Positions 10,833 to 19,784 of a DNA stretch of 64,000 bases are shown piece by piece; the first letter of the stretch is position 1; the number at the start of each line of letters is the position of its first letter. Source of the DNA: Pseudomonadales bacterium (GTDB taxonomy: Bacteria; Patescibacteriota; Microgenomatia; UBA1400; PJMF01); assembly GCA_020632265.1 (NCBI GenBank), contig JACKFW010000001.1, forward strand, positions 337,892 to 401,891, written 5' to 3'. Below the pieces are notes generated by a model, which ran no database searches, had not been told where the DNA came from, and worked only from the letters and a program-made list of their open reading frames with translations. The translations under genes and the position numbers were made by a program.

Positions 10833-10857
10833 ATTTTATCTCTCTCTAAATTATCGA

Positions 10858-11742
10858 TTATTCTGCTGTCTGAGCTTCTTCGCCAATATGACCAAATGGA
10901 ATTAAATAGACAACCTCTTCTGTAACTGGATCGATTCTAAGTGCTTTTGCAACTGCAATCGGATTAAAGCCACCAGAAACCACTGTTGCCATACCCAATG
11001 ATTCAACTTCCAAGTAAACATTTTGGCCAATGTGTCCACCTTCTAGATAAATATTTTTATGTGGATCTGCACCGGGAAAAACTGCTTGCATTTTTGCCAT
11101 AGCAGCAGTCATAACAATGACCACTGGAGCTTTTTGAGAATTGTCCTGTACTCCAGCTTCAATCAGCAGAGCCTCTGCATTAGCCAAACCCAAATTTCCC
11201 AAAGTATTAGTGGTTGGATCATATAAGTATAATCCATTCTCAATTCCTTGAGCATTTCTGATCACAACATACAATGAATATGGATAGGCGCTTTTTGCAG
11301 ATGGAGCTGCTCGATAACCTTTTTCATTTGTAATTCCTTGTGCCGACCATAAAACTTGACTAAGTTCTGCTAAAGTCACTGGTTTGTCTGAATAAAGTCG
11401 TCTGCTTCTTCTGCTTTGAATAGCTTCTTCTACCGACATAGTGCCTTTGAGTTTTGGATCAGGTAATTTCACAACATCAGAAATGGTCTTTAATGCAGGC
11501 ATATCATATACCATTGCCACATCTTGCTTATCATCAATTTCTTCAGTATTAAATATAAGTGCGTTCTCTCTTTTTTCATTAATTAATAAAACGCTTAGGA
11601 CAGTTACAGCACCTACTAAAAACAAGGTAATAAATGAAAGTATTTCTTTTTTTAATGGAAATCCTCCTTTCATACATTGACCACAGCTTTCACCTGAGGC
11701 ACAACAACTTTTCGTTTCGGTTTGAGGAATATTATTTATCAT
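10858..11742 (-). CDS. nitroreductase-family (SagB-type dehydrogenase domain) protein with N-terminal Cys-rich segment and TM helix
   Basis: 294-aa ORF with an N-terminal CCASGESCGQC cluster and one TM helix, followed by the nitroreductase fold signature (RRSRRLYSDKPVTLAELSQVLW...). Confidence 0.65.
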   Translation of the reverse strand: MINNIPQTETKSCCASGESCGQCMKGGFPLKKEILSFITLFLVGAVTVLSVLLINEKRENALIFNTEEIDDKQDVAMVYDMPALKTISDVVKLPDPKLKGTMSVEEAIQSRRSRRLYSDKPVTLAELSQVLWSAQGITNEKGYRAAPSAKSAYPYSLYVVIRNAQGIENGLYLYDPTTNTLGNLGLANAEALLIEAGVQDNSQKAPVVIVMTAAMAKMQAVFPGADPHKNIYLEGGHIGQNVYLEVESLGMATVVSGGFNPIAVAKALRIDPVTEEVVYLIPFGHIGEEAQTAE

Positions 11743-11868
11743 ACATACATTGAAGATGATTTTCGATATTTAGTCAATATCTGATCCAAAAAAATCATAT
11801 ATTTAATAGATCTAAGTCATACAAAAGTTGACAAAAAATATTCAATTCATATATTTAAAATTCATATA

Positions 11869-13161
11869 TTAAAATCTAAAGAGCATAATAATCGTTTGGA
11901 GTATATTATTTGCAAATAATAGGCATAAACTCATTGTCGTAAAAACCAAAAAATATTTCCGATTCTTAAATTTATCAAACATAAATGCCAACCCCAAAGT
12001 TAAATGTGGCAACACACTAATAAACATTCTCGATCCATATGGACCGCCGATAATCTCTCTCTCCCAAGAAGCAACTACATAAAGTTGAAAAAGGAAAACA
12101 AAAATTGAAATAAAACATAAGTATCTAAAAAGAGATACTTTTTTTATATCTGATAAATGATTTTTTTGAGTTTTTAGCATAATAAATAAACCACTCAAAC
12201 CAACAACCAAAATTGGAGAAAAAAAGAATAATCCATTCTCAAATGAAAATAAAACTCTAAGAAAATCAGGCTTAAACCAAGATAAATGTTCTCCACCGAT
12301 TAAGTAAGGACTTCCAAACTGACCGTAAAGATTCAAGGTTATTAATATTTGGACACTTAATACTAAAAAAACATTTCCCCAAAATAAAACGATTCTATTC
12401 AATCGTTCCATCAAACTTTGCGATTTCAAAGTAAATATAAAGATTGATGTAGGAATTAATAGCACAATATCCTGATTTCTTACCAAAGCCATCATTCCAC
12501 CAATCAATCCTAATAAAATCATTCTTTGCCAATTGATTTGTTTTGAAAAAATAACTACTAAATATAAAAATAGTGATGACAACATGAATGAGGCGGAGTG
12601 AGAATTCAAGGGATCAATAGCTGTATAATAAAACATTTGTGTAGTTAAATAAATAAATAATATGGTAAGTAAAGCTATTCTCTTTTTAAAAAAAATTAGC
12701 AATAATTTATATAAAAAATACAGACCCAAAACTGAAAAGTAAATTGTAGAAACTGCAACTAAGTATTGAGTTAAAAAATTATAACCATCAACATAACTAA
12801 TTAAACCTAAAAAATTAAGACTACCACTTATCAATTGTCCAACTAGAAAAGCTGGCATCCAAAGAATCGGTGCTCCAGGTGAAAATTTATTTATCACTTT
12901 ATTAGTAATACTGGAAATTTGAGGAGGATTAGGAAAGCCAAAATCTTTCCTATATGCTTCATTTTGGAAATTTAGATCATGGTCAACGATTATTGAATTT
13001 GTGTATGAATAATAATATAAACTATCACCCCAAATAATTGATTTTACCCTTATAACGTTAAAAGAATAAGTAATGAGGCTAAAAAGAAACAAAAAAATAA
13101 AATACTTCTTGGTGTTGAGTTTTGTTAGTGTATTCCAATAATGATTGAGAACATTTTTCAT
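11869..13161 (-). CDS. polytopic membrane protein (GT-C-like glycosyltransferase?)
   Basis: 430-aa ORF with more than 10 predicted TM helices. No catalytic motif recognised. Confidence 0.4.
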   Translation of the reverse strand: MKNVLNHYWNTLTKLNTKKYFIFLFLFSLITYSFNVIRVKSIIWGDSLYYYSYTNSIIVDHDLNFQNEAYRKDFGFPNPPQISSITNKVINKFSPGAPILWMPAFLVGQLISGSLNFLGLISYVDGYNFLTQYLVAVSTIYFSVLGLYFLYKLLLIFFKKRIALLTILFIYLTTQMFYYTAIDPLNSHSASFMLSSLFLYLVVIFSKQINWQRMILLGLIGGMMALVRNQDIVLLIPTSIFIFTLKSQSLMERLNRIVLFWGNVFLVLSVQILITLNLYGQFGSPYLIGGEHLSWFKPDFLRVLFSFENGLFFFSPILVVGLSGLFIMLKTQKNHLSDIKKVSLFRYLCFISIFVFLFQLYVVASWEREIIGGPYGSRMFISVLPHLTLGLAFMFDKFKNRKYFLVFTTMSLCLLFANNILQTIIMLFRF

Positions 13162-14283
13162 TTAGTTTGCAGTTGTAACGGGAATTCTTACCACAAAAAT
13201 AGTTTTTTCATCTTCATCACTGGAATAAGTAATATTTCCATCCATATGATCAATAAATGATTTGGCTATAAACAAACCCAATCCAGATCCAGCCATATTT
13301 TGTTTGATAGCATTTTTTGCTCTAAAAAATCTATCAAAAATAAATTTATTATCATGTATTGGAATGCCAATGCCTTTATTTGAAACTTTAATTTCAAAAA
13401 ACTTTTCTTTCCTATTGAGAGAAATTAAGACCTTTTTATCCTTATAAGAATACTTGACAGCATTTGAGATAACATTTCTTAATGCTTCACGAATTAAATG
13501 CCAATCCATTTCTACAAAATAACGATGATTTTTATTTACCCGAAAATTAATTTCTAGTGACTTTAATTTTGCCTCGCAATCCAATTCTTCAATTATTTCT
13601 TCGATTAATTGAATTAGTGAGAATCTTTTTAGCTGAGAATGCAAAACATTTTGATCAATTCTTGAAACATTTAATAAATCATTAATTAAATCCAGAATTT
13701 TTAAATTGATTCGATAGTTCATTTTAACTAACTCAACTGATTCCGATGAAAAACTGTGGTCGTCAATTTTTTGCAATAATAATTCTGAGTTCCATCTCAT
13801 TGAACCCAAGGGAGTTTTTAGCTGATGCGCAACTATTGAAATACAATCACCTTTCTCCTTAGTAATCGAACTCATATCCTCTTGTGCGCTTTTTCTTGTG
13901 GTAATATCTCGAACTACAGCGATGATTCTGTCCGTTCCATCAAGATTTGCCTTTGACAAACTAACCTCAGCCCAAAATAATTCTCCATCTTTCTTTTTTG
14001 AATGCCACTCAAAAACCTGTGGTTTGTCCGATATGGCAATTTTAACCATCTCCATTGCACCTTTTTTATCATAAGGGGTAACACCAGAACTAATCGTTCC
14101 GACATCAATTTTTAATGCCTCTTTTTTTGAGTATCCATACAACTCAGACATTTTTTTATTAACATCTAAAATCTGACCAGTGTCTTCATCATAAATAAAA
14201 ATTGCATCGTTTAAAGAATTAAAAATTGTTTGATAATTTTCATTTTGTTTAAATTTCAAAATCTTGTTAACTATTTTATTCAT
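13162..14283 (-). CDS. cytoplasmic PAS-domain sensor histidine kinase
   Basis: PAS domain (YGYSKKEALK...), an H-box (HQLKTPLGSM) and HATPase_c N/G boxes. No TM segments. Confidence 0.8.
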   Translation of the reverse strand: MNKIVNKILKFKQNENYQTIFNSLNDAIFIYDEDTGQILDVNKKMSELYGYSKKEALKIDVGTISSGVTPYDKKGAMEMVKIAISDKPQVFEWHSKKKDGELFWAEVSLSKANLDGTDRIIAVVRDITTRKSAQEDMSSITKEKGDCISIVAHQLKTPLGSMRWNSELLLQKIDDHSFSSESVELVKMNYRINLKILDLINDLLNVSRIDQNVLHSQLKRFSLIQLIEEIIEELDCEAKLKSLEINFRVNKNHRYFVEMDWHLIREALRNVISNAVKYSYKDKKVLISLNRKEKFFEIKVSNKGIGIPIHDNKFIFDRFFRAKNAIKQNMAGSGLGLFIAKSFIDHMDGNITYSSDEDEKTIFVVRIPVTTAN

Positions 14284-14342
14284 ATAACTTTATTATTATC
14301 TTCATTTATTAATAGTACTATTTTTAGTCACTTGAATTCAAT

Positions 14343-14385
14343 ATAAAAAAACAAGCCAGATATTAATCTAGCTTGTTTTTATTTA
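14343..14385 (-). terminator. intrinsic terminator downstream of the LTXXQ gene
   Basis: Minus-strand stem AAAAACAAGC..GCTTGTTTTT followed by a T-run (A-run 14344-14350 on the plus strand). Confidence 0.5.
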
Positions 14386-14418
14386 AAAAAAGTAACAATG
14401 TTACTCTTAAAAAATCAT

Positions 14419-14958
14419 TTAATTAAAATGGCGCATAAAAACACTACCATTTCTACGAAGTTCTCTTTCAAACCTAGCAATCTTATTCATATCAATGCCC
14501 CTCTCTTGGGCCCAGGCATCCATTTCATCATGAATATCTGCCATAGCTTCGTGCCTTTCTTCTGGAGACAAATCATCTAATTCATCAAATTTTGATTCTA
14601 GCTCTGCATGTTTTTCCAAAACTGAGTACATTTGCGCACTTGTCAGTGTTCCATTTTCAACAGCTTGCTCAAGTCTATTTGAAAGATTCTCTTCCATTCT
14701 AGCGTGACGCTCTTGGTTTCGATCCATTCTAAATTCTTTTAAAGCATTATTGACATCAGTTTCATTCAATCCAAATCTTGAGGCAAATTTGTGAGAAAGT
14801 GATTCTCTTGGACCAACTTGTTGGGTGTCAGAATCAGAATCTGATTGTTGTGCATCAACCAAACCTGCAGAATTTAAAGTTGCAATTGCAATAACACCCA
14901 CAATAATCATAGGTGCAACAAACTTTTTACTTAAAGAAATTCTTTTAATTTTTTTCAT
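14419..14958 (-). CDS. secreted LTXXQ-motif protein (Spy/CpxP family-like periplasmic chaperone/regulator)
   Basis: Signal peptide, a highly charged helical protein and an LTSAQ (LTXXQ) motif. Located next to a two-component system, as cpxP is to cpxRA. Confidence 0.45.
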   Translation of the reverse strand: MKKIKRISLSKKFVAPMIIVGVIAIATLNSAGLVDAQQSDSDSDTQQVGPRESLSHKFASRFGLNETDVNNALKEFRMDRNQERHARMEENLSNRLEQAVENGTLTSAQMYSVLEKHAELESKFDELDDLSPEERHEAMADIHDEMDAWAQERGIDMNKIARFERELRRNGSVFMRHFN

Positions 14959-15035
14959 ATCTCAATTCCTTTGCAATATTTCTTGATAATTAGTTGATAC
15001 TAAAAAAATTATATGAAATAAAACTGAGAAATTGC

Positions 15036-16082
15036 TTAAGATTTAATAGGCAATTTGATAGTAAAAACTGTACCCTTAGCAATCTCGCTTGAAACACTAA
15101 TCGATCCTTTATGATTTTCAACAACTTTCTTGGCAACAGATAATCCTAAACCAAAACTCGATTTAGCAGTTAGTGTCCTAGCTGAATTAATTCGATAAAA
15201 ACGATCAAAAATGTTGGGCAAATATTTTTGATCTATTCCTATTCCAGAATCTTTTACACTAATAATTAAATGGTTCTTTGCAGATTTAACGACAATATCA
15301 ATCTGACCATTTTTATTGCTATATTTAATAGCGTTGTCCAATAGAATTACAAATAACTCAATTAGGGAAGACTCTTCTCCTTTGATTTGATAATTTTTAG
15401 TGCTAACCTTAATTTTGATTTTCTTTTGATCAGATAAATATCTTACTCGTTTAAGAGCTGTTCTAATTACTTCGCTAATATCTAAATTATCAAAGATTAA
15501 TCTTCTATCCTCTAGACTTGATAGGCTCAATAACTTATCTATTAGTTGATTGAGAGCATTTACATCTTCAAGATTATATTGAAATAATTTATGAATATCT
15601 TTTGGAAGCTTTCCGCTTCTAATTGAAACTTCAATCGAAGTCTTTAATGAAGTTAAAGGTGTTTTTAATTCATGAGATGCATCTGTAATAAATCTTTTTT
15701 GCTCATTTATTATTTCTTCAATCGGTATTAGGGTTTTTCCAGCCAAATAATAACTTACTAAAGACGAAAAAATAATAATAATTAAATTAGTAATCACTAA
15801 ATAAAATAAGACATTCTGTTTTGAACTTTCAAGCTCATCTAATAGTAAGTTGTGTAAAACTTCACGAGCAGATTCACTACTGATACCCCTGTTTTCTGCT
15901 AACATTCTCATGGCTTGCGGACCTTGATTATTGTCAAATCTTGCTTCCGCATTTTTAAATGAAGCCGTAATGTTTTTAACAACTCCCTTATAAATCACAA
16001 AACTAAACATCGAACTCAATGTCATGATAATCAAGACATACCAAACGGTTATTCTTATTCTAGTTAATTCAAAAACACGCAT
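15036..16082 (-). CDS. membrane sensor histidine kinase
   Basis: Two TM helices, an H-box (HELKTPLTSL) and an ATPase domain (DSGIGI...GLGL). Confidence 0.85.
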   Translation of the reverse strand: MRVFELTRIRITVWYVLIIMTLSSMFSFVIYKGVVKNITASFKNAEARFDNNQGPQAMRMLAENRGISSESAREVLHNLLLDELESSKQNVLFYLVITNLIIIIFSSLVSYYLAGKTLIPIEEIINEQKRFITDASHELKTPLTSLKTSIEVSIRSGKLPKDIHKLFQYNLEDVNALNQLIDKLLSLSSLEDRRLIFDNLDISEVIRTALKRVRYLSDQKKIKIKVSTKNYQIKGEESSLIELFVILLDNAIKYSNKNGQIDIVVKSAKNHLIISVKDSGIGIDQKYLPNIFDRFYRINSARTLTAKSSFGLGLSVAKKVVENHKGSISVSSEIAKGTVFTIKLPIKS

Positions 16083-16099
16083 AATTATTTACCAAATAT

Positions 16100-16780
16100 C
16101 TATTTTTCAATACTAACTTTATAACCAAACCCTCTAATAGTTTTAATTAACTTAACTTTATTTTTAAAAGGCTTGTCTATTTTGTTTCTAAGATATCCAA
16201 TATAAACCTCAACAGTATTAGGAAGAATGTCTGCATCGAAATTCCAAACATTTTCAATAATATGCTCTTTAGATAAAACTCTACTGTGATTCTTTAATAA
16301 AAATTCTAATAATGAAAACTCTTTTTTTGAAAGACTAATCAACTGACCATCTCTTCTAACTTCTAACTTAATTAGGTCCATTCTCAAACCATCCAACTCC
16401 AAAACATTATTTAAAGTTTCTTTAGGTCTTCTTGCCAAAGCCTTTATTCTGGCAACTAATTCAACAAATGAAAATGGCTTAACCAAATAATCATCTGCTC
16501 CAGTATTTAATCCTAAAACTTTATCAGACACTTGCACTTTTGCAGTCAACATTAATATTGGAGTTGCAACTTTGTCTTCGCGAAGTCGTTTACAAACTTC
16601 TATTCCATCCATGAGGGGCAACATGATGTCCAAAATAATTACATCATAGTTTCCATCTGAAGCAAGATCATATCCAGATTCTCCATTATATGCTGTATCC
16701 ACAGCAAAACCCTCTTGTTCAAGCCCTATTTTCATTGAACTTGAAATTTTATAATCATCCTCAACTAACAAGATCTTCAT
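16100..16780 (-). CDS. OmpR-family response regulator
   Basis: Receiver domain (MKILLVEDD...D...K) and a winged-helix trans_reg_C domain. The true start is probably the ATG at 16778-16780, not the track start at 16867. Confidence 0.9.
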   Translation of the reverse strand: MKILLVEDDYKISSSMKIGLEQEGFAVDTAYNGESGYDLASDGNYDVIILDIMLPLMDGIEVCKRLREDKVATPILMLTAKVQVSDKVLGLNTGADDYLVKPFSFVELVARIKALARRPKETLNNVLELDGLRMDLIKLEVRRDGQLISLSKKEFSLLEFLLKNHSRVLSKEHIIENVWNFDADILPNTVEVYIGYLRNKIDKPFKNKVKLIKTIRGFGYKVSIEK

Positions 16781-16852
16781 AAGCTCTATTATAATGATAT
16801 TTCTTTGAAATTGCTGAGAAAATAGTTTGAAACATGACGTAAAATACAATGT

Positions 16853-17986
16853 ATGAACTTCAACCATCTCAAAAATAATTTTCTACAATTATTTAAGTCA
16901 AAAAAAATTTCACCCAAAGCACTCATTCTTATGGGAATATCCGTGGCCCTGGCTTCAACAATTGCGACTTTTATTTTTCTCTCTGGAAAAAAGATTACAA
17001 GTGATATTCAACCTAACGATGAAAAACTTGAATCTGAAGCTTTAGCACAAGAGTATGTGAACGATCAAAAAACTACTTTTGATGGCAGAAATCTAAACAT
17101 TTTACTTCTGGGCTATGGTGGAGCAGGACATAGTGGAGGATTCTTAACAGATGTAATTCAGATAGTACATTTTGATTTTGAAACACAAAAAATTGCCTTT
17201 ATTTCAATTCCTAGAGATCTTTGGGTACAACTTCCAAATGGAAAAAGTGACAAAATTAATAAAGCATTTACTCTAGGAGTTAGTTCTGATCCAATAAATT
17301 CCGGTGCTGAAATAAGTAAGCAGATGGTTGCAACGATCACTGGATTAAATATCAATTATTTTTTTTCTATTGATTTTGTGGGTTTTAAAAGAGCAATTGG
17401 ATCTGAACTCAAAGGCTTAGATGTAAATGTTCCAGAAACTTTGGACGATCCATGGTACCCAATTAGTGGCAATGAATTAGAAACTTGTGGTAAAACTCCC
17501 GAAGAAGTTGCGGAGCTCTCATCACAATTATCTGGATTTGAACTTGAAAAACAATTTGAATGCCGTTATGAACGCATCTATTTTCCAGCCGGGAAAAATC
17601 ACATGGAAGGCGGTGATGCTTTGGCATATGTTCGTTCTAGACATGGTTCTGCAGGTGGTGATTTTTCAAGAAGCGAACGTCAGCAAGCTTTGTTGCTCGC
17701 AATTAGAGATAAGTTCTTTTCACTCGATGTTCTCAATGATATTCCTAAATATTTCCAACAATTTATTAAACATACCAATACTGATTTAGATATTGAATCA
17801 ATCAAATATCTAGCTCCTTTCTTCACAAAAACACAAAACTTTGAAATCCAAAATATTACACTCAGTACTGAAAATGTTTTGAAATCATCAAAGTCTAACT
17901 CTGGACAATATATAGTTATTTCACAATCTGGAATAAATGATTGGACTCAAGTAAAAGAATATATAGATTCGCAACTTAATAAATAA
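16853..17986 (+). CDS. LytR-CpsA-Psr (LCP) family cell-envelope phosphotransferase
   Basis: N-terminal TM helix, then the LCP core (NILLLGYGG...DVIQIVHFD...ISIPRDLWV...INKAFTLG). Confidence 0.8.
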   Translation: MNFNHLKNNFLQLFKSKKISPKALILMGISVALASTIATFIFLSGKKITSDIQPNDEKLESEALAQEYVNDQKTTFDGRNLNILLLGYGGAGHSGGFLTDVIQIVHFDFETQKIAFISIPRDLWVQLPNGKSDKINKAFTLGVSSDPINSGAEISKQMVATITGLNINYFFSIDFVGFKRAIGSELKGLDVNVPETLDDPWYPISGNELETCGKTPEEVAELSSQLSGFELEKQFECRYERIYFPAGKNHMEGGDALAYVRSRHGSAGGDFSRSERQQALLLAIRDKFFSLDVLNDIPKYFQQFIKHTNTDLDIESIKYLAPFFTKTQNFEIQNITLSTENVLKSSKSNSGQYIVISQSGINDWTQVKEYIDSQLNK

Positions 17987-18032
17987 TTTTGCTTCTTCCA
18001 TTTATTATAAACTACAAGTTATAGTATAAAAT

Positions 18033-19763
18033 ATGATATTCTTAATATTCTTTGCCTTTATAGCAGGTTTTGTAACAATTTTGTCACCATGCATCTTGCC
18101 TGTGTTACCAATTGTTTTAAGTGGCTCACTTTCTGGAGGAAAAAAGCGTCCAATTGGCGTAGTCACTGGATTTATTGCAAGCTTTACTTTTTTTACCCTA
18201 CTACTTTCTGCTATTGTCAAAGCTACCAACTTATCTTCAGGATCACTAAGAACTCTAGCAGTTGGAATTGTATTTATTTTTGGATTAGTACTAATTTTTC
18301 CTCAGGTTCAAGTAATATTTGAAAAAATTACAAGTAAATTTTCTAGTATTAGTAATAAAAATAATAAAAATGATGGATTTTTTTCAGGAATAATTGTGGG
18401 TTTAAGCTTAGGATTGGTCTGGGCTCCTTGTGTTGGCCCAATTTTAGCCTCTGTTATTACCCTTTCAGCTACTAGTTCAATAACTTTAACTTCAGTATTC
18501 ATAACTTTAGCTTACGCCCTAGGTACCGCCATACCAATGTTATTTATTACATACTCTGGAAGAAGAATTTTCGAAAAACTACCAGGACTTCTTTCACACA
18601 CAACTCAAATTCAACAAATGTTTGGGGTAATTATGATTTTTACAGCTCTAGCTATTTATATGAATTTTGATTTAAAATTTCAAGTTTATATTCTAGATAA
18701 ATTTCCAGGATATGGTGAGGGCTTAACATCTATTGAAGATAATGAAATAGTAAGGACACAATTAGATAAACTTAGTCAATCAGGAGACTCTATGCAAAAA
18801 ATTACGGAAAAAACTGTAACTGGTTCCCTTTTAAGCAAACCAGAAATTAAAGCCCCAGACTTTATGAGTGGTGGAGCCTGGATAAACTCAGAACCACTCA
18901 GTCTTAAAAATGAGCTTAAGGGAAAAGTAGTGTTGGTGGATTTTTGGACCTATACTTGCATTAATTGTATAAGGACATTGCCTTACGTAACTGGTTGGGA
19001 TGAAAAATATAGTGGCGAAGAATTTGAAATTATTGGTGTCCACTCACCAGAATTTGATTTTGAAAAAGATACTAATAATGTCATTAGTGCTACAAAAAAT
19101 TACAATATTAACTATCCAATTGTTCAAGATAATAACTTTAATATTTGGAAATCATATGCCAATAGATATTGGCCAGCTCATTATTTGATTGATAAAAATG
19201 GCTATATTAGATACACCCATTTTGGTGAGGGAAAATATATTGAAACTGAGAACGCTATCAGAGAACTTCTTAATGAAGAACCAATAGAGGCTAATGAAGA
19301 AAATTCAAAAAGAACGATTTTAACACCGGAAACTTATTTGGGATATGAACGAGCAGGATCATATTCTACTCAAAACGATATAAATATAGATGAGGTTACT
19401 GATTATTCCTTGATCAAATCCGTTCGTGATAATGAAATTGGCCTATCCGGCTCATGGATTGTTGGACCAGAAGCTATTATCGCTCAACAAAATGGATCAA
19501 AATTACAAGTTAATTTTGTAGGATCTCAGGTCTTTTTGGTCATGAAGCCACCAAAAAACAAAACGGGTAACGTTCGAGTTTTATTGAATGGCAAACCAAT
19601 TCCTCAATCGTATTTAACATCTGATATGGATGAAAGTGGAGTCATTCAAATTCAGGAAGCAAGGAAATATGACATCATCGATCTTAAACTTGATTATGGT
19701 AGAAATATTCTTGATCTTGAATTTAGTGAAGGTGTACAAGCGTTTGCTTTCACTTTTGGCTAA
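18033..19763 (+). CDS. CcdA/DsbD-like thiol:disulfide interchange membrane domain fused to thioredoxin-like (TlpA/ResA) domain plus C-terminal domain
   Basis: N-terminal 6-TM domain carrying PCILP...CVGP cysteines, then the thioredoxin-fold motif WTYTCINC. Confidence 0.7.
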   Translation: MIFLIFFAFIAGFVTILSPCILPVLPIVLSGSLSGGKKRPIGVVTGFIASFTFFTLLLSAIVKATNLSSGSLRTLAVGIVFIFGLVLIFPQVQVIFEKITSKFSSISNKNNKNDGFFSGIIVGLSLGLVWAPCVGPILASVITLSATSSITLTSVFITLAYALGTAIPMLFITYSGRRIFEKLPGLLSHTTQIQQMFGVIMIFTALAIYMNFDLKFQVYILDKFPGYGEGLTSIEDNEIVRTQLDKLSQSGDSMQKITEKTVTGSLLSKPEIKAPDFMSGGAWINSEPLSLKNELKGKVVLVDFWTYTCINCIRTLPYVTGWDEKYSGEEFEIIGVHSPEFDFEKDTNNVISATKNYNINYPIVQDNNFNIWKSYANRYWPAHYLIDKNGYIRYTHFGEGKYIETENAIRELLNEEPIEANEENSKRTILTPETYLGYERAGSYSTQNDINIDEVTDYSLIKSVRDNEIGLSGSWIVGPEAIIAQQNGSKLQVNFVGSQVFLVMKPPKNKTGNVRVLLNGKPIPQSYLTSDMDESGVIQIQEARKYDIIDLKLDYGRNILDLEFSEGVQAFAFTFG

Positions 19764-19784
19764 TAGACAATGAAATCCTAAAGT

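Noticed and set aside
16781-16867. 29-aa extension of the response regulator ORF
   Set aside because: The receiver domain begins at MKILLVEDD (ATG 16778-16780). The extension overlaps the divergent LCP gene start.
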